Shown: in pieces, positions 23,500-35,439 of the stretch
How the letters are laid out: each line of letters begins with the position of its first letter
Position numbering within the stretch: position 1 is the first letter of the stretch
Source of the DNA: Octopus sinensis
Taxonomy: Eukaryota
Assembly: GCF_006345805.1 (NCBI RefSeq)
Contig: NW_021835747.1
Coordinates: forward strand, 1-37,586
Direction: 5' to 3'
Length of the DNA: 37,586 bases
Program-made: the position numbers and the translations under genes
The notes under the pieces: generated by a model
What the model saw: only the letters and a program-made list of their open reading frames with translations
Databases searched by the model: none
Told to the model about the DNA's origin: nothing

Positions 23500-23907
23500 A
23501 GGACGAATGGAGTTGCAAATATTTTCATTAAAGGACGTGCTTCAAATTGATTAATTAAATCACCAATTATGGATATGTATTTTTCATAAGCAGCGCCTTC
23601 GTTGTTTTCAGATAGTGAATAAAAATAAGATGTATCTCTGTCTTTAAGTGAAGTCATCCATAAATATAATTTTTCGATAAACGAAGAAATATATCCATAT
23701 AACTGATAACAGAGTTTGAGTTTTCCTTGTAATTCAACATTGAGATCCGACAAATGCGTGGTTAAATTAACATAAAAAACCAAATCGGCAATCCATCTTT
23801 CATCGTAAAGTTCATCGAAAATTACTTTGTCTTTGGTAAAAATTAAAAAAGTTAGTTACTCTAGAGGGGCCGCAAAAAATCCTCGGGGCCGCATTTGAAA
23901 ACCGCTG
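23500..23907 (-). mobile_element. Internally deleted hAT (Buster/Charlie type) left end plus transposase fragment
   Basis: Minus strand starts cagcggttttcaaatgcggcccc (TIR and subterminal motif), then WIADLVF..THLSDLNVELQGK..FIEKLYLW..FEAR. Confidence 0.7.
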
Positions 23908-24399
23908 ATCTTGAGGATTGTTGAAATCACCTAAGTATTTACCCTAATTAACTGTTGGTGATTCTTGGGTTAAATAAAAAAACTACTAAGTCTATCTCGG
24001 CCAAGCCGGTCACATTCAATGTAAATAAAATAAAGATATCTGACTTTTTCATTGTGGATCTGCGCATTTTTCCAAAAACTAAACCGTACTTGTGCAGTTT
24101 TTTTACATTTACTGACTTAAGGAGTTCTTTTGATGCAATTCCCACGTTCATAAGTACTATTATGATGTTATGAAAATTGAGTTTATTGATTTTTACCTAT
24201 ATATGTTTTTAATTTTTTGTTTACATTTATTTCTGAGAACTGATTAACCCGTGCGCGTTTATATTTTTTACTATCTTCTTTCAAAACCCACAATATTCAT
24301 TTTTTACGAAAAACAATTTTTAAGATCAGAATAAAAATAACACTTTTCTGTCAGAAATTGAGCTTTGGTTTCCTTCAAAATTATTATAACACTTCCCAT

Positions 24400-24950
24400 T
24401 AGAACATGAACAGAATAAGTCATATTCCTACACGTCACACACACGATACGATCTTTTTAACCATTGTTTCCACTCTCCGCGGTTTTGGCTCTGCCTGCAC
24501 AGTTCTTTCAGGTCATCGCAGTTGTTTAGGGTTTTCCCCGTTCAAGTTAGGTCTTGTTACAAGACGGCCGGCAGAGTTATTCGGCGTTGTCCACGAAATT
24601 TTGGTCCATCTGACAGGAAGTATTCTTCCATGGTCTTGTAGGCAGGTGCAGTTGAGTCCATTCTTAGGATGTGCCCAAATAGACTCCAGCAGCCGTTTAT
24701 AATGTCACGGGTGATTTGCGCTGAGTTGCTGAGCCTGTAGAGAATGAGTTATTGATTTTCTGAGTACGCCATTTAGGGCACGAAGTTGTTTTCTGTGAAA
24801 AAGTCAAGATTCCATAGTTCGGTATCGGAAATTCTCCATGTAGATGAATTAAGACGGGTTTACAAAGGCATTGTCAATTCTAAAGCGTAGTGAGGGGTGC
24901 AAAGGACAATGTTCTGAGGAATATAATCACTATGCCGATTCGACTGGACA
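24400..24950 (-). mobile_element. RTE-X-like LINE 3' fragment
   Basis: WSLFGHILRMDSTAPA..MEEYF..KFRGQRRITLP..NRGEWKQW; several stops. Confidence 0.65.
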
Positions 24951-24995
24951 TAATTAATTGGATTTTTTATTTTAATAGAACGAATTAAAATTTAA

Positions 24996-25900
24996 TGTCA
25001 CAGTCCAGAGCGGCAAGACGCCAGGGCGGTGATGTCAATGCTTAAAATACCAAAAAAATTTTTTGCAGACAACTTTTCATTGGAAAAAATTATTAATAAT
25101 AAAAAATTCACGAAATCCGGACTACTCACGAATTTATTGACTGGAGGGAAAGAGAAAAAATCAAACGATATGTCCAAATTTTTACTTTCAAAGAATCCGC
25201 AGGCTATATTACTAAAAATGGTTTAGAGTTGGAATTCTTTTGTATTGAGGAAGCTGAATTAAAGCTAAAATATATTGAAATTTGATATTTAGTGATGTAA
25301 ATTAGGCTCAACACAATTGTCACTTACGATTTATGATGCAATACGTAGTGAAGTCGGTACTGTGGTATCTAAATGCGTTTATTGTCAGGTTAATCATTGG
25401 TTTAACAAGTTTACTCTAAACGAATGTTTGCGACTAAACCTGTAATTTTACCTATCATGGCTTATGGATCAAGAGACCGATATATCGTAGATCTTGTCGA
25501 TTTTAGGCGATATTCTGCAAAAATGAAAATAATTCCTGGGTTATTTTTTTGAGTATAATCAACAGATACTTGTTTTAATTGATTCTTTTTCTAAGTTCAG
25601 TGTAGTAGAAAGTACCGTTAGCAAATCTGCAAATGAGATTTGTGTTATCCTGGATATGATTTTTTGGATAATTGGATCTCCGATTATTCTACATTCCGTT
25701 TGGGAAAGATACAATATTTCTCATGTTACTGGATGGCCACAATACGGGGACAAGTCGATGGTAAAACGATGGATCTCATTCTCTAGTGTATCGAGAGGCA
25801 ATTTTGAATGTTATATTCATTTGATAAGAGACATTGTTCGTGATTACAACTATTCTATCCACGATACAAGAAAGCAAAGACCATTGGAATTTTTTTAATT
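24996..25900 (+). mobile_element. Degenerate Ginger-like integrase element (left end plus core)
   Basis: Starts TGTCAC like the 14131 element. RDRYIVDLVDFRRY, VLIDSFSKF, IGSPIILHS. No matching right TIR seen. Confidence 0.65.
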
Positions 25901-26094
25901 TGGATCTTTCTAAAAAAATATGAAAAAAAAAATTGCAAGCACTATTAGATTTTGAAGGCTATTTTACTTCGCTTTGAAAGAATTTGGAGGGGGAAAAAAA
26001 ACGAAGAATTGCCTTCAAAAATATTGTGAAATCAGGCGAAAAAATTGAAGATTGAAGTACGACGAAATTGAACATGGGGATGAAGTTTTAATAC

Positions 26095-26503
26095 GCCAAG
26101 ACAGGGACGCAAACGTCCTGATGGGATCACAATTTTCCTATTTAAAGAGGGGAAACCCCTAGTCTGGGACGCAACCTGTGTAGACACACTCTACCCGTCC
26201 AACATTGCCGGGAGCGCAGTGGACACACTGTATGGCGCGGAAACAACGATGAGGGCAAAGAAGAGAAAATATGAAGCGCTGCGAGACCGATTTGTGTTCT
26301 GTCCGATTGTGGTCGAGACAACTGGAGGAATAAGTGGGAAATCGCTTCACTTCCTAAAGAACCTTGGACGCTTAGTCACATTAAAAAGCCACGACACACG
26401 TGAGACCCGGTGGCTTCTCCAGTTGATCTCCGTTGCTATCGTGAGAGGCAACGCAACGTCAATTATGTTGGCGGGGTCCACTTCGGATGGATGGCTTTAT
26501 TAA
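26095..26503 (+). mobile_element. CRE-like retrotransposon 3' fragment (REL domain)
   Basis: RPDGITIF..PLVWDATCVDT..KRKYEALRDRFVFCPIVVETTGG..ISVAIVRGNA. Confidence 0.85.
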
Positions 26504-26631
26504 CTTCTAGTAAATTACAATTAATTAGCTAATTGTATTGCGTATTTATTATCGTAATAAATACGCCTTTATTAAAAAGAAGCCATATATAATAAAACAA
26601 AGAAAAATTTCAGTAACGGTAAAAATAAGAA

Positions 26632-29013
26632 CTAAGGCGGAGACAAGTAATAATGTTTCTGAAAAGCTTGCAAGAGCTGTGGAGGCAAGCACATCGGTGG
26701 AATTTCACACTGACCAACCATACGTCGAAAAATGGGTAGGTCTGCAATTCTCACTTCATTGGATAATAGTGCCAGATAATACTGAATAAAATCATTCTTC
26801 CCCATTTTATAAAAAGAACGAAGTTGTATATTACCCAGATTACAAATGGGGGACCTGTCTCCTGACATGAACTTCCATAAACTTTTCACAAACAGAGCTT
26901 CAAGACTTTTTTTGGCAGAAATGATTTTGAATGCATGATATGCAGAGTCTTGATTTTTCAGTAGAAAGGACAAATAGAAAATATCAAATACTAATTCTGG
27001 ACATTTGACCTTCAGCAAATAGTCAAGGGCATCATTTGGTCTCCCACATTTAAAAATAGTAATTCCCTGCAATCTAAAACTGAAAGGATCACGGTGAAGT
27101 AAATTTAATATATTCAGTGCAGAAGTGTACTCCCCAATGTTGTACAAGCCAATAAATCCGTTTAATAATTCGCATTGATTAGTGCCCGGATATGAGACCA
27201 AAGAAGAAATATATTCTCCAGTCATTCTGACATCAACAAGGCTTCTCATTGCGTTAAATATAACCGCACAATCAAGGCTGGATAGTTGTTCGGGGATGAG
27301 AGAAAATACGTCGTTCTTTTCTGAGATGAGCTGTAAAGCAATTTTATGCCGATCATCTGATGTTTTGAAATCCAATAAATTCATGAATGACCCAAGCAGA
27401 GACTGAGCCATTGCATCGTTGGGTCGAGCCTCCAAATAATAAAAAAGACCTTCAATGGCCTTAGTGACTTGATCCTCTGGAGATGAATCCTTAGTGATAT
27501 TACAGGACGGAATATATTTTTTTCCATTCTGAAAACATGATATCGAACACAATTTTGTCGCCACGTGCACAGCAAAAAATCGATAGGTAAAAATTGATGG
27601 ATTGAAGCCATTAATAGCTACCATCAAATGCTTGTCAATTCCATCAAAAATTTCCCAATGATCTGAAGTGCCCGCTTTCATTAGAAGAATTTTTAGCATA
27701 ATTTCACTATCCCGAGAAAATGAAACATTCTTGGACATTTCAATAACACGAAAGGAGTGCTCATAATCCTCACATGTGTAATAAAGTACAGCCAAATTGA
27801 CAAATGCACGTTCGTTGTGTTGAGAAGCATCAATTGATTTGAAAAATGATTTTTCTGCGAGAACGTAATCCTTGAAAAAGTAAGCAACAGTCCCAAAAAG
27901 AAGCCACGAATCAGAACTCCCACCACTCTCACAAACAGAGGAGACTGCACAACCCACGGACAAATCACGGGCACTCTCATTTCCATTAATTCTCCAAAGA
28001 AATGAGGCAGCCAAAGCACAGTTATAAAACGCAGAACACAGCCTGGTCATGATGGCCAAATGACCAAAGGCCCAAATACTCAACTTGACGTATGTCTGAA
28101 GGGTTTCATGGCCAGGAGGAGAATCGGGATGGAAACATAACTGGGAAAGACGAAAGGCAGAATAACCAAACAAAAACAGAACTATTTTCTGATCTCTGCT
28201 TTCCTGGGATAAAAAACCACGGAGACTGTCGAAAGCAATTGTATAAATGTCAAAAGCTTCCAAAAAACGATTTTCTGATAACAAATCGTCTCCCAAATAG
28301 CACATAACTTCAGCATAAAGGACTTTAAAAATCATCAAATCTTCCGATTCTTCGTTGGTTGAATTCAGCAATTCTTCGAGGGTTGAGGCGATCTCTTCAA
28401 AGTCTCCGCTTTTGAGGGAAGAGATTGTAATAATCAGTTTAACTAAAAGCCTCCATTGGGGAATGTCTTGAGACTTTTCGAGAAAAGATTTGTGGTTAAA
28501 AGTCAGACTCATTCCACTGAGTCGAATCAGTTCTGTTCTCAACATTACAAAAATGAAACAATCTTTGTCAATGTCGATTGCTAGGTCACAAATCCGCAGA
28601 GACTGGGAGTATTCCCCATTGCACATGTAAAATATTGCCAGTCTGCGGAGTGCGGGGATCATTTCAGGAGAAAGATCACTTCGAATGAAATTTTGAAGGT
28701 ATTTTTGACTTGAATCTTTGTTTAGTAAATCGAAGCTACTTCCGTGGTAGGCAATGGCAATTTCTGGTACTAAGGAATCGAGAATGTAGGCTCTTTCATA
28801 GCAAGAATAAGCACGGTTTGAATCGTTCATGAAATATTGGAAAAAATCTCCAAATTTTAAGAAAATTTGAGCATTCTTTGGAACTAATTTGACTGCTTCT
28901 AAAAAACAGGAAAAAGCAGAATAGAGTCCTTCAGTTGTGTCCTTGTAGCAGTGTGAGTATGCACGGGTTATGTACATTTCGGCATTTTTTAAATTCAATG
29001 TTTCAGAATCCAT
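26632..29013 (-). CDS. TTC37: SKI3/TTC37-like TPR subunit of the SKI complex, 793 aa, apparently intronless and lacking the N-terminal TPR arm
   Basis: Single stop-free ORF from ATG 29013. FLKFGDFFQYFMNDSNRAYSCYERAYILD matches the recalled TTC37 segment [29 protein letters not shown]. Further TPR-like helices follow. Confidence 0.72.
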   Translation of the reverse strand: MDSETLNLKNAEMYITRAYSHCYKDTTEGLYSAFSCFLEAVKLVPKNAQIFLKFGDFFQYFMNDSNRAYSCYERAYILDSLVPEIAIAYHGSSFDLLNKDSSQKYLQNFIRSDLSPEMIPALRRLAIFYMCNGEYSQSLRICDLAIDIDKDCFIFVMLRTELIRLSGMSLTFNHKSFLEKSQDIPQWRLLVKLIITISSLKSGDFEEIASTLEELLNSTNEESEDLMIFKVLYAEVMCYLGDDLLSENRFLEAFDIYTIAFDSLRGFLSQESRDQKIVLFLFGYSAFRLSQLCFHPDSPPGHETLQTYVKLSIWAFGHLAIMTRLCSAFYNCALAASFLWRINGNESARDLSVGCAVSSVCESGGSSDSWLLFGTVAYFFKDYVLAEKSFFKSIDASQHNERAFVNLAVLYYTCEDYEHSFRVIEMSKNVSFSRDSEIMLKILLMKAGTSDHWEIFDGIDKHLMVAINGFNPSIFTYRFFAVHVATKLCSISCFQNGKKYIPSCNITKDSSPEDQVTKAIEGLFYYLEARPNDAMAQSLLGSFMNLLDFKTSDDRHKIALQLISEKNDVFSLIPEQLSSLDCAVIFNAMRSLVDVRMTGEYISSLVSYPGTNQCELLNGFIGLYNIGEYTSALNILNLLHRDPFSFRLQGITIFKCGRPNDALDYLLKVKCPELVFDIFYLSFLLKNQDSAYHAFKIISAKKSLEALFVKSLWKFMSGDRSPICNLGNIQLRSFYKMGKNDFIQYYLALLSNEVRIADLPIFRRMVGQCEIPPMCLPPQLLQAFQKHYYLSPP

Positions 29014-29894
29014 ATTTGTAGCCAGCAAAAATATAAACAACAACAAGTTCTTTCGTTATTTATTTTATTTATGATAATATGTTATAAAAATATAATCATA
29101 AATATGTAAAAAAAATAATTAAATTTATTTTCCAATATTTTGATTAATAAAAATTAAATTTTGGCATAACTAACTACTTGTTTAAACAAATCTGACAATT
29201 TTGTAAAGATTTCAAGAATGATGCTTTTCCGAATTTACATTGAGAGAAGTTTTTAATAATTAGCAGACAACCTGAAAACCTACGAAAAGCCCTGAATTGC
29301 ATACTTTGATACACAATAATTAGGGGCTATTGGGCGCTACTGAAATGTTTTCCGTGTTTATTATTCCTCCTTTACAAATTCGTAGATGTTACCCAAAATG
29401 CTTCACTAGGAAAAAATGTCTGAACAAATTAGATCGATAACATGATTTTGATATCAAATAATAAAATTTAATGAATTTCTTTATCGATTTTATTAAAATT
29501 AACAATAATCTATATATTTAATAAGATTCGTTATTAATTAATATCGATTAATCGAAAGGAAGCAGCCTGGCGGATCGCCAAACTGCTCAAAATTGTGTCA
29601 AAAAAATTGTTCAAAATTCTGAGTTTTATTCTTAAAAATATTCTTAACAACGTTTATTTATAGCTAATATAAACTTTGCATCAAACATATTAGTGTAAAA
29701 CACAAAATACTATAGTTAAACTATATAAAGTGGATAGAAAATTCTTTATTTAAAACTCCATTTAGTAGTTCTTGGTGATTCATAATTTCAAACCAATACT
29801 CATTTCCGATTCGACAAACAATCCGTCTTTTAATAATCTGCAAATGTTAATTTTTTTTAAAAAAGAGAGATCGTTAAAAAAATCTAGCCATTAT

Positions 29895-30070
29895 GTACTG
29901 TCTCGCAGGATTGAAAGACAATTCCCGCGTAAAACAGCCAGCGAGATCCTCTGAATAAGGAATATAAATTCCTTCGGATCTCTGGAGCGGTAGGTGCACA
30001 GGCGGCCAAGTTTCTTAAGATGAGCAAGCGTCTTGGCCCCAAAAACACAGGAAGTCTCGACGGATTACCT
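29895..30070 (-). mobile_element. CRE-like retrotransposon 3' fragment
   Basis: VETSCVFGAKTLAHLKKLGRL..RDPKEFIFLIQRISLAVLRGNCLSIL on the minus strand. Confidence 0.8.
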
Positions 30071-30116
30071 TAGGATTTGAATAAATTCAAAAATTGTCTT
30101 TAAATATAAAAATAAA

Positions 30117-31548
30117 CTATAAAATAAAAAAATGTATCATTAGAGCAACCACTCTAATATTTGAAATGTCAGCAAAAATGTTTTGGATGTCTTGTACAGT
30201 ATTTACATTTACCACACTTGCTTGTCGAAATGAAAAAATAGAAACAGCCAATATTGGAATGACGAGCAAACTCGATTGCCCAATGATCCAATCCCATAAG
30301 CAAAGTAGTTCCTCATTAGCCAAAAATCCCGAGAATCCGTTCACGATCCACTTGAACGCGATGGTTAACGGATAAATCCCAATTTTTTTCATATGAAAAC
30401 ACAAGTATGGTTCTCGTTCAATTAAAAGTTGTTCAAATTGAACGCAAAGTGATAGAATAGACTCTTCATGTGATGATATTGTTGTCAAAAATATAAAATG
30501 ACGCTCAAAAAATTCCCGAAAAACAAAATAAATGTCTTCAATATTTGTATAGAGGTAACAAAATGGAGCAACTAAGTAACTGAAACCCAAATATGGAACG
30601 TATCCATTTGGTGGATACATAACCAACTCTTTTTGGTTGAGTACTAACAGTCGATCATCATTCAAAGATCTCATGGTCTCTCTCACGTGAGGATCTCTTG
30701 TGAAAGGCAGGAGGATTTGGTAGATAAATTCTTCAAAAACAAAGTACTGATCGTCATTTGTTACTGTCCCTGCAATATCCTCTTCAATTATTGAATCGAT
30801 CATCATTTCATATTCAAGATACAAATCTTTCATGTACTGGTAATAATTCTGATTGTTTCTCTGCTCGTCCAGACCAACTGCTAATTTCCAGAGGGAACCA
30901 CGGTTTCCAGGAGGGCAACCAGTTTTACAGATTTCTAACGCGCCTTTGACTTCCTGTGAGTCTAAAACCTCAAAAACATTTTCTGCTTGTTCTTTGTTAA
31001 TAATGGCATCAAGAAATGTTGCAAATCTGTTCTTTACATCAACAAATGAAAGCCATTTTAGACGTAGTTGAAGAAGAGCTGGAAGGGAATGGTCAGAGCC
31101 ACAATCCGCCTTTAGGTTTGGATTCCTCATTTCTGTAATCAAATTTAGTAAGTCGTTGCTGTTATAAATTGGCCTGAGATCTTTTTTCTGTTGGCGAATG
31201 CTACTCATTTCTTTCCAATAAAGTGAAATCTTTCTTCTTTCTTGTTCTGGACGTTTTTTGCACAATGTAAAATTGAAGTCGATGCAAAGACTGTTTATTC
31301 TTTTCAACAGCTTCTTCATCCATAGTTGTGACGACTCTTTAATATACGTCAATTCTCTTGTCTGCTTTTGAGGTTTATTATTCCATTTAATTTGCATGTT
31401 TAATATATTTGGATTATATTTCTCGAAGCACTCGCTTGGGGCTGTTAGATTGAATATTTCTATTTAAGTAGTAATTAATGTTAGAATCACCATTTTCTGA
31501 ATAATCTGGACTATTTAATTTTTCTTTAATTTGTGTCAACTTTGACAT
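30117..31548 (-). CDS. TBC1D19: TBC1 domain family member 19-like, about 466 aa, one 5' intron
   Basis: Exon 31548-31491 (MSKLTQIKEKL..), phase-1 intron 31490-31460, then in frame with the 426-aa ORF. Motifs WMKKLLKRINSLC..KKRP, RPIY..LRNPN-like segment, NDDQYFVFEE, YPPNGYVPYLGFS, AFKWIV. Confidence 0.88.
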
Positions 31549-31899
31549 TTCTAATTTTATAAAATAAGTGTTCCTTAGTAATAATTTATTTAACTTGAAT
31601 TTTTATAAAACAATATTTAAGTATTTAAACAAATATACAAAAAAACCGTTTTTTAAAAAAACAGCATTTTTGAACAATATTTTCTTTGTAAATATCGAAA
31701 GGGATCATTAAACTAACCCTAAATTAATTTTGTGATATTATTTTGTAATTTGGTATTAATCTGAAATAAAAGTTTTAATTACAGGTATTTAAAAAAACTT
31801 TTTATTCGTGTGAACGTGGTATTTTTAATTTTTAGCATTTTAACGCTCGATAAAATTATCTGATTTCTTAAGGAATGATCTACGTATAATAACCGCAAA

Positions 31900-32190
31900 A
31901 AAGTCGAAAAAGATCCATCCCAAATTATTTAAAAAAAAGAGAAAATATATGTATGAGCAAAATAAATAGTTAAAAACGCTATAATTTGTCAAAGCATTTC
32001 ATCATTGTGTCAAACACTGAATAGATGAGGACAATTTTCAGTGACGAATGTAGTTTCGAAGTTTTTAATTTTAAAAAACGACAAAATTGTCATCGGAAAA
32101 ATAATAAAGGCCCTCAAAAATACAACCTATGAGATGGGTGAGTGTGTACGTCGAAGAGATTGGATTTGGTTTAAAGTGAAAGAGCAGGCG
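31900..32190 (+). mobile_element. Tc1-family transposase relic
   Basis: RTIFSDECSFEVF (first catalytic Asp region) in degenerate context. Confidence 0.5.
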
Positions 32191-32489
32191 CATTAATTCA
32201 AAACTAAAAACTAATTTTATTTGAACCTTTGATTTTTTTCGATACTAAATTAATGTAGAAAATTAATTTTTTAAAAGCAAGATTAAATGAGAAGAAAGTT
32301 TCAAGAGGAAAACAAGCTGGAAAACATTGCGTTTATTGAGTCGAATTGTATCTAATTTTTATTTATTTACACGACTTTTTTGAATAGTTTTATAGACTTT
32401 AATGGTCCAATCCAGTGACCATTAATTTTTTGTGGTAAACACTGACAACAAAACTGAAATTAAAGAACAACAAACGCTTCCCTTTTGAT

Positions 32490-33075
32490 GTCCAACACTC
32501 AAACCTTTCGGATCTTGCCTGGACGGTGCTTTATCGGATTGGCTTACTACCTGGGATCGCTCCTTTTCTGAGAGGCCTGGAGATTTCTCCTTCCAAAATG
32601 TCTGGGACACTATTTTATGCCGAGCGCCTGTGTCTGAGCTCTCGGCAACTCTTGACCAACACCGCCTGGCATGCCTTCGTGCGGCATCCGCCCCTCACTC
32701 TGGCAGCTGGCTGAATGCTCTCCCTCTCTCATGTATCGGGACGTGGCTAGACGATGCTGCCATACGCATCGGAGTCGCTCACCGTCTCGGCCTGGATGTT
32801 TGCGCAAAACACCGCTGCAGATGCGGTGAGGATGTTGACGAAAAGGGACTGCCACCACTTTCCTGCAAGAGGAGTGCAGGCAGGGAACACAGACACAAGG
32901 CCCTCAAGGAAATCGTGAAGGCCGGTCTCGAATCGGCGGGACATTTGTGCCATTCGTACCGGTCGGACTCGATCAGGGAGACGGCAAAAGGCCTGACGGG
33001 ATGACAATATTCCCGTACTCGTCCGGGAAAGCCCTCGTATGGGATGTTACCGTTGTGGATACCTTCTTAAAGTCG
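32490..33075 (+). mobile_element. CRE-like retrotransposon fragment (CCHC zinc finger plus REL start)
   Basis: RAASAPHSGSWLNALP..IRIGVAHRLG..HRCRCG..LSCKRSAGREHRH..PVGLDQGDGKRPDGMTIFPYSSGKALVWDVTVVDT. Confidence 0.88.
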
Positions 33076-33590
33076 AGTATTTTTTTGGATGGAAAACAAA
33101 AAAACAAACGCTTTTCTTCCAAATTATAGTTCAAAATTATTTGTTGATTATCAAGGTGAATAAAACTTTTCAGAACTTGAATAAGTTTTCTCCGGTGTAT
33201 TAAATCAAACGCACAATAAATGTCAATGCCAAGTATTGCGATAGATTTTGTATATTTTGGCATATAAGAATCTTTTAACTCTGTTTTTATTTGGTGTAGT
33301 GCGATGAGAAATAGTGTTTTGTGCATGAAAGTTAGTAGAATTATTAGTCTAAAATTGCAAACGAGACTTTTAGCTTTATCGGGTTTTTGTAATGGTATTG
33401 GCCATCGTTTTCCCAGATTCAATGAATTGTCTTTCTTGAGAGACCGATTGAAGGTATTAGTAATTATTTTAGCTAGCTGCTTTGCGGAATGTTTTAAAAA
33501 TTCTGCTGGGATATTGGTTTCCTCTGCAGATCTTCCGATGTTCAGTTTTTTAATGGCTTGCAGAGTTTCCAAGACACTTATTTGATTTTT
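33075..33590 (-). mobile_element. RTE-X-like LINE RT fragment
   Basis: AIKKLNIGRSA..IPAEFLK..PLQKPDK..NFRLIILL..GIDIYCAFDLIHRRKL. Confidence 0.7.
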
Positions 33591-33599
33591 TAATGTTGA

Positions 33600-34445
33600 T
33601 TTTTTATTATCCAGGAGGCCAATCCGGAAACGTCGCAAAGCCGAGAGTTGGAGCCACTGCCGCGCGCACTGTCGTCGGAACATCACCCGATCCTGGGCCA
33701 TCCGTTCGTCAAAAGGCAACGCACCGGGCCATGACAAAATACCGATGCGGCTGTTTAAGGAAGCCTCCGAAGACTTACATGTGTTCCACGTGCCGGGAAA
33801 ATAGAAAATCTTAGAGGTCTGGATGATCAAAAAGCCTGCGAAGCCGGTAAATCTCGCTAGCAGCTACCGTCCCATAAGCCTAACCAAAACTATCTCAAGG
33901 CTCATGGAAAAAATCATGGCCAAGGGCCTCGACTTCAACTCCGAAGAGAAGAAAATACTGCTTCCGCAGCAATGGGGTTTTTCGCTCTGGGCGTAGCTGC
34001 AGTGACTGTTTCATAACGGTACAGTCACCATTTCAAGAGCAATGGAGTTTAAAGAAACTTTATCTCTTGTATGTCTGAACATTTCGAAGGCTTTCGACAC
34101 CGTCTGGCACAGAGACCTACTGGAAAGGATCCAACTCTGTGAGCCTACAGTGGAAGTCTATCTCTGGCTGCGCTGCTTCCTCTCAAATCGTTACTCTTTT
34201 ATCTCTGAGTCGGGCTTTTTCTCAATATATATTCCGACCCCAGGACATCCCTACTCCTCTACGCGGACGATGTTCTCGTTCTGGACTTCTCAATGGACAC
34301 CAATGCCTTGGAAATAACAGATGTTCCTGCTCCTAGGCAGAAAAAGCGGACGAACCTCGGAAGAGCTCGAATCCCCAGCGCAATCGTCTTGTCTAAATCT
34401 TTTTCGCACTAAGTACTGTCTCGTTCCTCCTTATTTACTACAATA
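33600..34445 (+). mobile_element. Degenerate I/Jockey-group LINE RT fragment interrupting the RTE-X-like element
   Basis: NAPGHDKIP, SYRPISLTK, QQWGF, LNISKAFDTVWH; ends near AATAAA at about 34442. Confidence 0.75.
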
Positions 34446-34559
34446 AAATTTTTCGATTCGATTTGTCAGATTTCGAAAGTTTCTGTGTGTGGTTAGTTTC
34501 AATATGCGTGTTGAAAAAGGAATTAAAGTACGAAGCTAGAATACTAGTTTTTTCGACAT

Positions 34560-34935
34560 CCTCAGTAGCAGTACTACCGAGATTATTGTATAGGTGCTGA
34601 GTCTAGTAGTTTATTGTGTTTGAGTGATCTGATACCCCGTTTGTCGATGTGGGTAACCTTTTCGTGACGACATTCGATTGGTGGATTTTTTGTGACAAAG
34701 TCTCTCCGTATCGTGTTTGGGCAGTGCTTTTGAGTTTTTCGTTTATTCCATAAATTTTGTTAGGTATTAGCCCAACAACAAAAGTTTGCGGTTTTAAGTT
34801 CATGACATGACCTCGAGTCTTTCAGTAAGGCTTTTTGATGCTGCTTGCAAAGAATATAGTCTATCTGGTTGTAAATCGGAATAGTGTTTCCAATTTTCTT
34901 TTATCCAAGTTTCCCCAGGTTCGACTCTTACAGCC
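34560..34935 (-). mobile_element. RTE-X-like APE endonuclease C-terminal fragment
   Basis: IYNQIDYILCKQHQKALLKDSRS on the minus strand, upstream of the 33075-33590 RT piece in the same orientation. Confidence 0.6.
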
Positions 34936-35439
34936 CTATTTTTTAAACAACAAAGAATTAAAAATTGTTAACTAATTTTATCCAAAAAATAGCATATAAA
35001 ACAAATGAGTGAATAGTAAAGTCAAAATAAAGTTGTTGATCGATTAAATAAAGACCAAGACGTGTTCACTATTTTTTTGTAAAACTACTAAAGATCGAGA
35101 AGACGTTCCCCGTCGTTTGATTCGATGGATTTTTAAAATAATATAAAAATTAATATCATTTAATTGATTATAGGAAATGCTTTTAAAATTGAATTAAATG
35201 AATTCCCCACTTGCAGACCATCTCAATACAGTCTTAATTGTCTATTTAAATTTGTCAATTGCCAGTAATAATAACATATGTAGGCTAATTGATTACCATT
35301 AATCGAATGTTTGCGGTATTACCACCACAAAATGGTTTACATTTTTTATTGATTAAAATAAAATATTTTCAACATCTGCGTGGGATGACGCTATTGGTCT
35401 TATAAATTAACTATTGCGCCACAATATTGTATATTTGGC

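Noticed and set aside
19577-23866. CTCTAGAG at 19577 and 23859 as the TSD of one large element containing B55
   Set aside because: The first is the target outside a right TIR and the second is inside another hAT left end. The geometry does not fit a single insertion.
24996-29600. Possible giant Ginger element capturing SKI3, with a right TIR near 29565-29600
   Set aside because: Similarity to the left end is weak, the terminus is not TGTGACA, and there is no TSD.
34914-34936. B-box-like GGTTCGACTC suggesting a tRNA or SINE
   Set aside because: No A box or cloverleaf; it lies in the antisense of an APE coding relic.
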